A stretch of DNA of 64,000 nucleotides. Source: Myxococcales bacterium. GTDB lineage: Bacteria; Myxococcota; Myxococcia; Myxococcales; UBA5297. Shown here piece after piece: positions 48,929 through 56,672 of the stretch (its first letter is position 1; each line of letters begins with the position of its first letter). The DNA lies in the NCBI GenBank assembly GCA_050288705.1, contig JBNKEI010000033.1, forward strand, positions 18,407-82,406, read 5' to 3'. Below the pieces are notes generated by a model. It saw only the letters and a list, made by a program, of their open reading frames with translations, was not told the DNA's origin and did no database searches. The position numbers and the translations under genes are program-made.

Positions 48929-50215
48929 ATGAGTCTATCCACCGCACTTTTTTCCGGCGCTACCGGCCTAGAATCCAGCAGCCTCGATCTTTCGGTAATT
49001 GGTGACAATATTGCTAACGCCAACACCGTGGGATTTAAAAGCAGTCGAGCCACTTTCGAAGACGCCTTAGCGCAAAATCTGAACTCCAATTCCGGGCAGC
49101 GTGGCCTAGGCACCAAGCTGCAAACCGTGCAGCGTATGGTCACTCAGGGAAGCTTAACCAACACTGGTTTAGCCACTGATTTAGCTATTGATGGTCCTGG
49201 TCTATTTGTAGTACATGGTTCCCACTCTGGCCACCAAGGAAGCTTTTATACCCGCGCTGGTCAGTTCACTCTTGATTCTAACGGGTATCTAGTCAACCTG
49301 GACGGTCTGCGCGTACAAGGATACCCGGCAAATTCTACCGGCGCTATTCAACCGAATTTGGGCGACTTATTAGTAGGCGAAGCCACCACTCAGCCTCAGC
49401 CAACATCAACTATTCAGCTACGCGCTAATTTGCAATCCGACGCCGAAATTCCTACCGTTCCTTTTGACCTAAACGACGCCGCGGCGACTTCTAATTTTTC
49501 GGTGGCTTCCACTGCTTACGATTCGTTAGGAAACGCTCATCAGATTTCCATTTATTTTCGCCGCAATGGCCCCGGAACCTGGGAGTTTCATGCCGCAACT
49601 GACGGAGGAGGTGTTCAGGGCGGAATGCCGGGGATGCCCATGGAAATTGCTTCCGGCTCACTTTCTTTCGACGAGCAAGGAAGATTAATGGACCAGAACC
49701 AAAACACTAGTTTCAATCCCCAAGGAGCAGTTAGTCCCCAATCGCTCTCTTTTTCCTTTGGCTCGGGAACTAGCACTGGAGGAAGCGGTTTGGACGGCAT
49801 TACTCAGTTTGCCAACGCTTCCTCCATCTCTTTTGTAAATCAGAACGGATATGGCTCCGGGGAGCTTTCGAGCATATCTATCGACACGCAAGGAATTGTA
49901 ACCGGAGCGTTTTCCAATGGCCTCACTCGTTCTTTGGGACAAGTAGCCATTGCCGATTTTTCCGCAACCGACAAACTGACACGTATGGGCGGCAATCTTC
50001 TTATGCAAACCCCTGCCTCTGGCGACCCCGCCATTGGCGCGGCCGGGGAAGGTGCCCGAGGCGCCATTGTTGCTGGAGCACTGGAGCAATCGAATGTAGA
50101 TTTAGCCAGCGAGTTTATTCGTATGATTACTGCTCAGCGAAATTTTCAGGCCAACTCCAAAACAGTTACCACTGCTGACCAGCTTCTTGCCGAGTTAATG
50201 TCTATCAAGCGGTAG
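48929..50215 (+). CDS. flgE: Flagellar hook protein FlgE
   Basis: N-terminal MSLSTALFSGATGLESSSLDLSVIGDNIANANTVGFK and C-terminal SNVDLASEFIRMITAQRNFQANSKTVTTADQLLAELMSIKR rod/hook family motifs. Confidence 0.92.
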   Translation: MSLSTALFSGATGLESSSLDLSVIGDNIANANTVGFKSSRATFEDALAQNLNSNSGQRGLGTKLQTVQRMVTQGSLTNTGLATDLAIDGPGLFVVHGSHSGHQGSFYTRAGQFTLDSNGYLVNLDGLRVQGYPANSTGAIQPNLGDLLVGEATTQPQPTSTIQLRANLQSDAEIPTVPFDLNDAAATSNFSVASTAYDSLGNAHQISIYFRRNGPGTWEFHAATDGGGVQGGMPGMPMEIASGSLSFDEQGRLMDQNQNTSFNPQGAVSPQSLSFSFGSGTSTGGSGLDGITQFANASSISFVNQNGYGSGELSSISIDTQGIVTGAFSNGLTRSLGQVAIADFSATDKLTRMGGNLLMQTPASGDPAIGAAGEGARGAIVAGALEQSNVDLASEFIRMITAQRNFQANSKTVTTADQLLAELMSIKR

Positions 50216-50666
50216 TTTTGCCTCGTTAACCAGATTCTACCCACCCCTACCCAGCGCCGGATAGAAAACCGAAGACAAGAAAAATGCATTTTTTCCGAGA
50301 ATTCGCGCTTTTTATCAGAAATGCATATCTAGGCACTAAGCATGCAATGACTTTTTTTGTCTTTTAAAAACAGAATAACTAGTGAGTTGAGGAGCCGGCT
50401 TTTTTTAATCAGCTTGTTACTACAGCGGTGCTCCTCGTTACCAACTTTTATAAAAAAAGGAGGGAGGCCATGCCTTCACCGTAAATCTTAATATGCTGAT
50501 CGGCCACCCTGTCTCGTTATAGGCGAGCGATTCCCACCTTAGAAAGAAGGTTTTTCGATCGTACGCCAATTTATATTTAATAAAATTGAATAACGCGCCG
50601 AGAAAGAAAATGGGATTCATTGTTGGAGTAATGGTTACATAGCGGTTTTCCATTTGGGAGAAATAA

Positions 50667-52526
50667 ATGCGCAGATACATTTCTGGGTATGCCCCGCTAG
50701 GCGGTCTTTTGGCATTAGCCCTGGTATTTTCCGGATGTAACGGAGGAGGAGAAGAAGAATACGAAATTCCAGTAATGGCTCCCGATCCATTAGCTGCCGA
50801 TTATCCTGGTCTCGATGAGTTATCGCGGCCTATTACCGCATTGTCCGCTGCTTGTACTTGGGCCTCCACGGGGTCAGGAACAGTAACGATTACTGTTGAT
50901 GATGGGGAAACCGCCATAGTAAGCAGAAATACCGCCGGCACAATTTTTGTAAACAGTCAGACTTGTACTGGCTCGGGCACTACCGCAACCAGCAGCAATA
51001 CTAAAATTATTAATATTTCTTCCCAAGCAGCTAACGAAAGCGAAACTGTAATCATTGATTACTCCTTTGGAACCTTTGGTCTGGGTACTACTACCGCCGG
51101 TACTACTGGTATTCGCATTGATTTAGGAACTAGTGGAACTGATGCGGTTAAAATACGTGGTAGTGAAAATGCCGATAATTATTCCTTGGGCAAAGATACT
51201 TATTACTACATTGCGGCAAATACTGACAGCTATCCCGATGTTGTCATGCTTAATACCCCAGACACCATTGTGATCAGTGCTGGCCCGGGCGCTGACCGGG
51301 TTTATGCGGGCGGTGGTTATGGAACCGGCAATGCGGTAGACATGACCCTCACCATTTATGGTGGTGAAGGAAATGACACCCTTACTGGCGGTACTGCCGC
51401 AGATACCATAAAGGGCGGCACTGGTAATGATTTGATTACCGGCAGCACTGGCGATGATTCGCTATACGGTGAAGGCGGAAACGACACTTTTGGCGAAGGA
51501 AGCTCTAATAGCGGGACTGACTATTTCTCTGGCGGCGATGATACCGATACGGTTGATTACTCTTCCCGCACCCTCGCGCTAACCATATCGATAACCGGTA
51601 CTGGCGCATCTGGTGTTTCCGGAGAAAACGACAATATTCAGACTAACGTAGAAAACGTCAAAGGCGGAAGCGCTGCCGATGTAATCACTGGAAGCAGCTC
51701 AGCAAATACAATTTATGGTTACGCAGGAAACGACACCATATACGGCAAAGCAGGAGACGACAGTCTTTATGGTGGCGATGGCAATGATACTTTTTATGAA
51801 GACGGCACTGAACCTAATGGTTCTGACGTGATTAGTGGCGACGGCGGCACTAGCGACTTAGTGGACTACACTTCGCGAACGGGAGCACTAACTATCACCA
51901 TTAACAACACTGCGAACGACGGTGAATCCGGCGAGAATGACAACATCATGACCACGGTAGAGCACGTAAAAGGATCTACTGTTGGTGACACCATCACTGG
52001 AAGCAGCTCCGACAACACCATCTGGGGTTACGCAGGCAATGACACCATCGACACGGGTTCCGGTGCGGACGTTATCTATGGCGGCTTAGGCGATGATGTT
52101 CTGACTGGCGGATCCGGCGATGATACCTTCTACGAAGAAGGCTCGGGAACCAATGGCGCTGATACCTTTAACGGTGGAACTGGTGTCGATACGGTGGACT
52201 ACACTTCGCGTACTGCGGCAGTAACGGTAACCATGGACGGCGCAGCAGCTAACGACGGTGAAAGCTCCGAGACCGATGATGTAAAGGATGACGTAGAGCG
52301 ACTCAATTGTCCCACTGGCTCTTACGTCTGCACTGTAACCGGTAATGCCCTGAGAAATGAGATTACTGGCGGCGACGGCGATGATGTCTTAACTGGCGGC
52401 GACGGTGATGACATCTTAGACGGCGGCGCTGGCGACAATTGGCTCGCTGGCGGTGACGGTGACGGTGATGTCTGCTTTAGTAGTCCCACCGGCACCACAG
52501 GCACCGAGACTGGTTGCGAGCTATAG
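50667..52526 (+). CDS. RTX-repeat (hemolysin-type Ca-binding beta-roll) lipoprotein, paralog 1
   Basis: Signal peptide with lipobox VFSG-C. Many GGxGxDxL/I nonapeptides arranged in three ~95-aa modules. GGGAG SD. Confidence 0.85.
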   Translation: MRRYISGYAPLGGLLALALVFSGCNGGGEEEYEIPVMAPDPLAADYPGLDELSRPITALSAACTWASTGSGTVTITVDDGETAIVSRNTAGTIFVNSQTCTGSGTTATSSNTKIINISSQAANESETVIIDYSFGTFGLGTTTAGTTGIRIDLGTSGTDAVKIRGSENADNYSLGKDTYYYIAANTDSYPDVVMLNTPDTIVISAGPGADRVYAGGGYGTGNAVDMTLTIYGGEGNDTLTGGTAADTIKGGTGNDLITGSTGDDSLYGEGGNDTFGEGSSNSGTDYFSGGDDTDTVDYSSRTLALTISITGTGASGVSGENDNIQTNVENVKGGSAADVITGSSSANTIYGYAGNDTIYGKAGDDSLYGGDGNDTFYEDGTEPNGSDVISGDGGTSDLVDYTSRTGALTITINNTANDGESGENDNIMTTVEHVKGSTVGDTITGSSSDNTIWGYAGNDTIDTGSGADVIYGGLGDDVLTGGSGDDTFYEEGSGTNGADTFNGGTGVDTVDYTSRTAAVTVTMDGAAANDGESSETDDVKDDVERLNCPTGSYVCTVTGNALRNEITGGDGDDVLTGGDGDDILDGGAGDNWLAGGDGDGDVCFSSPTGTTGTETGCEL

Positions 52527-52567
52527 CGGAAGTCAAGCCGCGCAGCACTGCCCCCCCTTGCGCGGCC

Positions 52568-52589
52568 GCCGACGAGATAGCTCGTCGGC
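52568..52589 (+). other. Stem-loop upstream of the terminator
   Basis: GCCGACGAG-atag-CTCGTCGGC, a perfect 9-bp stem. Confidence 0.5.
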
Positions 52590-52594
52590 AATAC

Positions 52595-52631
52595 GCGAGG
52601 CCCGCCTCCTAAGGTGGGCTTCGCCTTTTTT
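52595..52631 (+). terminator. Rho-independent terminator between the RTX paralogs
   Basis: GCGAGGCCCGCC-tcctaa-GGTGGGCTTCGC (12-bp stem with two G:U) followed by CTTTTTT. Confidence 0.75.
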
Positions 52632-52655
52632 CAAACCTTTGTCTTAGGAGAGAAC

Positions 52656-54509
52656 ATGGACCGATTTCTTTATTCCCTGATCTCACTGGCTAGTAAGATC
52701 AGCTCTCTCCTGTTGCTTTTTTCTTTGGCTGCTTGCAATGGAGAACCAGAAATTATTCCCGAAAAAAAAGCCACTCTTCCATTTCATGAGTCTGGCGGAA
52801 TAACGGAACTAGAACAGCCGCTCAACCCTCTACATAATGGCGCCTGCTCTTGGTCTTCCACTAATGGCGGTACCATTACGGTAAACCTGCAAAGCGGAGA
52901 AACAGCAGTTCTTTTTCGTAATTCCTCGGGAACATTTTTTTTGAATGGAGAAACTTGTACTGGTTCTAGCACTACTGCAACCACTGGCAACACTCGCACC
53001 ATAAACATTGCCGCAGAAACCACTGACGGAGATGAAACCGTCATTCTTGATTTTATACCGGGAATTTTTGGCACTGGCAGCTATGCCTCTCCTGGTATTA
53101 CTGTTAACTTAGGAACCAGCGGAAATGACGCTTTCAAAATCCGCGGCTACACCAGCGCCGATTACATTACCTTAGGAAAATCTGGCTCGGTAACCTCCAT
53201 AGCCCTTAATGCCGATAATTATGCAGACGTAGTTTTTTCCGGAACGGTGCCCCCTTTTACTTTTAGTTTAGTTGAAGGAAATGACCGATTCTCCGCAGCC
53301 GGTGGATATGGAACCGGAAGCAGCGCCTATGACGTAGCCCTAACCATCTATGGCGGCCCAGGAAACGACACTGTTATCGGAGGGTCAGCCAATGACGTTA
53401 TTTATGCTGGGGAAGGAAACGATACCCTTCAGGGAGGATTAGGCGATGATTCCCTATACGGAGAAGAAGGCGACGACTATTTTCAGGAAGGCAGCTCTTC
53501 CAACGGCGCTGATTTCATGTCCGCAGGTAGCGGCACTGATACCGTAGACTATTCGTTGCGAACTGCTTCGGTAACTATTGTGCTCGACGGAGTGAGCAAC
53601 TCTGGACAAAGCGGTGAGAACGACATTTTGGACTCAGCTTTTGAAAATGCCTATGGAGGAAGCGGAGACGACACCATTACCGGAAATAATTCTTCCAATT
53701 TGCTCAAAGGCAATGGAGGCAACGACATTATTTACGGCAAGGCGAATAACGATCTTCTGTACGGTGGTGATGGAAACGACACTTTTATGGAAGAAGGCCT
53801 CGGCCCCAACGGAGCAGACAGTTTTTATGGCAACGCGGGCATTGATTTAGTTGATTATTCTTCTCGTACCGGAGCTTTAACTGTAACCATTAACAGCGCC
53901 CTAGCCAGCTCGGGAGAGTCAAACGAAAAGGACCGAATTCTCTCTGATGTGGAGAATATTAAAGGCGGCTCGGCCAATGACACCATCACTGGCAACTATG
54001 GCGATAACACCATTTGGGGTTTAGGAGGTAACGACATTATTAAAGGGGGTTCGGGGAGTGATGTGATTTACGGAGGGCTCGGAAACGACTCTCTCGCGGG
54101 AGAAGCGGGCGACGACACTTTTCTTGAAGAGGGCCCTGTTTCCAATGGAAGCGACGAATTCCATGGCGGAACCGGCACCGACACCGTGGATTACACCTCG
54201 CGCACTGCCAGTTTGACGGTTACCATGGACGGTACAGAAGCTAATGACGGAGAAACCGGCGAAAACGATAACGTCAAAGACGACGTAGAAAGACTACTTT
54301 GCCCTACCGCGAATTATGTCTGTTTGGCCACCGGCAATAGCAAGAACAACGAAATGGTTGGGGGAACGGCCAACGATTCTTTTGACGGCGGAGATGGCGA
54401 CGACACTTTAGACGGAGCCGGGGGAGATAATACGCTTGACGGCGGAGACGGCGATGGCGACTTCTGCATGAATTGGGGGGCAGGCACTACTGTACGCTGC
54501 GAAATGTAA
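52656..54509 (+). CDS. RTX-repeat lipoprotein, paralog 2
   Basis: The ATG at 52656 follows a TAGGAG SD; the track GTG at 52614 lies inside the terminator. Lipobox LAA-C. Same module organisation as paralog 1. Confidence 0.85.
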   Translation: MDRFLYSLISLASKISSLLLLFSLAACNGEPEIIPEKKATLPFHESGGITELEQPLNPLHNGACSWSSTNGGTITVNLQSGETAVLFRNSSGTFFLNGETCTGSSTTATTGNTRTINIAAETTDGDETVILDFIPGIFGTGSYASPGITVNLGTSGNDAFKIRGYTSADYITLGKSGSVTSIALNADNYADVVFSGTVPPFTFSLVEGNDRFSAAGGYGTGSSAYDVALTIYGGPGNDTVIGGSANDVIYAGEGNDTLQGGLGDDSLYGEEGDDYFQEGSSSNGADFMSAGSGTDTVDYSLRTASVTIVLDGVSNSGQSGENDILDSAFENAYGGSGDDTITGNNSSNLLKGNGGNDIIYGKANNDLLYGGDGNDTFMEEGLGPNGADSFYGNAGIDLVDYSSRTGALTVTINSALASSGESNEKDRILSDVENIKGGSANDTITGNYGDNTIWGLGGNDIIKGGSGSDVIYGGLGNDSLAGEAGDDTFLEEGPVSNGSDEFHGGTGTDTVDYTSRTASLTVTMDGTEANDGETGENDNVKDDVERLLCPTANYVCLATGNSKNNEMVGGTANDSFDGGDGDDTLDGAGGDNTLDGGDGDGDFCMNWGAGTTVRCEM

Positions 54510-54686
54510 GGCAGAAGCGCATAGCCAATAGTTTTTTGCAACGCGCTCCCGTAGGTGTCATGCCGAAGCTTACGCTCAAAAAACGTCGACAACCGTGGCC
54601 GTTTTGACCACGTCGGCCCGAGCCCAAGTAGAGGTTATGTCGATAGTACCTTTGTGCGCTCGATGCGAACCATCCCTCGCACTCAG

Positions 54687-55091
54687 CTATAATTCGATGA
54701 CCCAGTTTTCTACCAACAGACCCTCAATTCCAGAGAAATCTTTCATATTATTGGTTACCAGAATTAGTTTTTGCGAAATTGCATGCGCAGCAATGAGCGT
54801 ATCAAAGCGATGACGGCCAAGATGGACACCTTTAATGCGCAAATCACCGTAGCTACGTGCCGCCAAAGCATCAAATTCCAAGGCAGGGAGGAGTTGCAGG
54901 AGTCTGTCCAATTGATTACGCCTTTTAGTAGCTAGCTTGGGCTCGCTACCAACGCCATGTTCCAACTCGGCTAAGGTGATTGTAGATATTCCTGCATCGC
55001 CCACACGCAGTTTCTTAAATCGCTGCACAACCGAAGGAGGCTGATATTTCATTAGGTAGATACAAATGTTAGTATCAAGAATGTAGTTCAC
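54687..55091 (-). CDS. vapC: VapC PIN-domain toxin
   Basis: (M)NYILDTNICIY...TLAELEHG...LVTNNMKDF pattern, 134 aa from a GTG that overlaps the vapB stop (GTGA). The track ORF is over-extended to 55259. Confidence 0.88.
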   Translation of the reverse strand: MNYILDTNICIYLMKYQPPSVVQRFKKLRVGDAGISTITLAELEHGVGSEPKLATKRRNQLDRLLQLLPALEFDALAARSYGDLRIKGVHLGRHRFDTLIAAHAISQKLILVTNNMKDFSGIEGLLVENWVIEL

Positions 55092-55318
55092 CAGTCGCGC
55101 TCCGGTTCCATCCCTTCCTCTCTTCCCTGTGCCATGTAATCGGGATCGAAACCAGAAAAAACCTCTAGAACTTGTTCGAGCGAACCTTCTGCTGGTCTCA
55201 CCACAAGGTGGTCCCCTTCGCGAAAAAGTTCCACTGCGGTTCCCGGCACTGCCGGCCACAATTCCCGGGGAATTCTAACTGCAAGCGAATTTCCACTTTT
55301 GAATAGTGTGGTCCTCAT
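55088..55318 (-). CDS. vapB: VapB antitoxin (AbrB/SpoVT-type)
   Basis: MRTTLFKSGNSLAVRIPREL swapped-hairpin N-terminus, AGGAGG SD. Confidence 0.88.
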   Translation of the reverse strand: MRTTLFKSGNSLAVRIPRELWPAVPGTAVELFREGDHLVVRPAEGSLEQVLEVFSGFDPDYMAQGREEGMEPERDW

Positions 55319-55333
55319 ATTCCAACCTCCTGC

Positions 55334-55365
55334 GTATATACTAGTATATACCTAATTTGAGTCAA
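55334..55365 (-). promoter_or_regulatory. vapBC promoter/operator: perfect 18-bp palindrome overlapping a -10-like element
   Basis: GTATATACTAGTATATAC (55334-55351) is its own reverse complement. A TTGACT -35-like hexamer lies at 55365-55360 on the minus strand, with TAGTAT 16 nt downstream inside the palindrome. Confidence 0.6.
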
Positions 55366-55439
55366 GAGCAGCAGTCGAGCGACGCAAGGATCAACAGGGA
55401 ACGCTAGAAGGTTGCCATGAACATAGCTCGATAAATCAC

Positions 55440-55928
55440 TTACCCCCCGTTTGTATCGTCAGGATCAGGAGGAACTTTTCCTTCTCTCCAGGTACACAAG
55501 TTATTTACACAGTCTGGCACCACATAACAGTCTGGCTCTTTAGATTCAGGAGGACACCGTGGGCAAAATATGTCAGCCATGCACCGACTAACCGGAGCAT
55601 AGCGATTCATTTCTACTTTGGCCTCATATTTAAAAGCTTCCAAATTCGCAGAGTTAATTAAGGCTTTATTACAAAACTGAATAGAGGAATTACTTTCTAG
55701 CTCCACGGGAAGGCAATCAGCCGGAGCATTGCAGGACGCATATTTAATAGTAATCTCATTCATTGCACATTGAAAAGCATCTAAACCTTCGCATTGCAAA
55801 ACAGAATTAACACAGCCGGGATAGCTGTAAACCGGTCTTCTTTCACTTTCCGGCGAATCACAGCCAAAAATGCCACCAGCGAGTAGTACCCCGAAAATAG
55901 AAGCTACCCAGTAAAACAATTTGTGCAT
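55440..55928 (-). CDS. Cys-rich lipoprotein of unknown function
   Basis: Signal peptide with lipobox IFG-C and about a dozen further cysteines in 140 mature residues. I recognise no family. Confidence 0.6.
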   Translation of the reverse strand: MHKLFYWVASIFGVLLAGGIFGCDSPESERRPVYSYPGCVNSVLQCEGLDAFQCAMNEITIKYASCNAPADCLPVELESNSSIQFCNKALINSANLEAFKYEAKVEMNRYAPVSRCMADIFCPRCPPESKEPDCYVVPDCVNNLCTWREGKVPPDPDDTNGG

Positions 55929-55970
55929 TTTAAAACCCCTTCTGGCAAATCCAAGGCATATTAGTTTTGA

Positions 55971-56657
55971 TTAAGTGGCTTTCTTTCCCGACGAGTTAAA
56001 AGAGTAAACATCTTTTACCGCAACATTACGATAACGTTCATATTTTAAGTGCATATTTGAAAGCAGCCAAATAAAAGCGCGTTGGGTTTTATAAGAAAAA
56101 CAACCAGCTTGTTCTTTTATGAGCATAATTTCTCTAATGATATTTTTTTTTGCTTCCGGCGGATGATAACAAAACGCTGGCGAAAACATGTAATTTCCTT
56201 TTATAGGAACAAGTCGGGCCTCAATCAGGTCCCCTTTGCGCAGCCCCACTGCTTTTCGACGTTCAAAAACATTTATATCCTGATCGGTGAAACAATCGCG
56301 CAACCTAATCGTTGGCACCGTTATCTTTTGTACTTCATATAGCGAATGCAGAGTTCTGGTGAAACCGCGAAATACCTCCCACTCTTCGTCTGATATCCTC
56401 GATACATTTGATACCCTGGTCGTAAACTCTTCCAAAAAAAGTTGTGCAGGGGTTTTGCCCTCTAAAAGAAGAAAATCAAAAATAAAAAAATCGATAAAAC
56501 CAGCCATGCGCATCTCAAAAGAACGATCATCTTCGAATATTTCGCCAGTGGACGCAAAATATTCTGCCTTTGCCGCCAAAAGCTGCTCTTTAAATCGTGC
56601 TCCTCCGACAAAAGCGATCACCTCTTCTAACTGAGCATCGTACACGTTAAACCCCAT
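55971..56657 (-). CDS. Hypothetical protein (228 aa)
   Basis: Long ORF 15 nt downstream of pyrC on the same strand. I recognise no motif. Confidence 0.55.
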   Translation of the reverse strand: MGFNVYDAQLEEVIAFVGGARFKEQLLAAKAEYFASTGEIFEDDRSFEMRMAGFIDFFIFDFLLLEGKTPAQLFLEEFTTRVSNVSRISDEEWEVFRGFTRTLHSLYEVQKITVPTIRLRDCFTDQDINVFERRKAVGLRKGDLIEARLVPIKGNYMFSPAFCYHPPEAKKNIIREIMLIKEQAGCFSYKTQRAFIWLLSNMHLKYERYRNVAVKDVYSFNSSGKKAT

Positions 56658-56672
56658 GGAACTCCATGTAAA

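Noticed and set aside
50395-50412. Possible rho-independent terminator after flgE (AGCCGGCTTTTTTT).
   Set aside because: AGCCGGCT is self-complementary with no loop, so it cannot form a stable hairpin. The U-tract alone is insufficient.
50438-50680. 80-aa minus-strand ORF in the flgE-RTX spacer.
   Set aside because: It has an AT-rich, Phe/Tyr/Ile-biased composition, no SD, and overlaps the start of the RTX gene. It is most likely non-coding.
52322-52591. Minus-strand ORFs rich in SPSPSPP (52322-52591, 54314-54592) at the 3' ends of the RTX genes.
   Set aside because: These are antisense translations of GGC-GAT-GGC-GAC (GDGD) codons and are not independent genes.
52614-52655. GTG start at 52614 for RTX paralog 2, as given in the ORF track.
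   Set aside because: The GTG lies inside the terminator stem-loop. The ATG at 52656 has a TAGGAG SD and gives a proper signal peptide and lipobox.
51340-54450. Periodic DNA repeats that might be taken for a CRISPR or tandem-repeat array.
   Set aside because: The repeats are in-frame GGxGxD nonapeptide and ~95-aa module repeats of two long ORFs. They have variable spacing and no constant direct repeat/spacer structure. No cas genes are present.
54595-54813. 72-aa plus-strand ORF downstream of RTX paralog 2.
   Set aside because: It overlaps the 3' half of vapC on the opposite strand and has no SD or motif.
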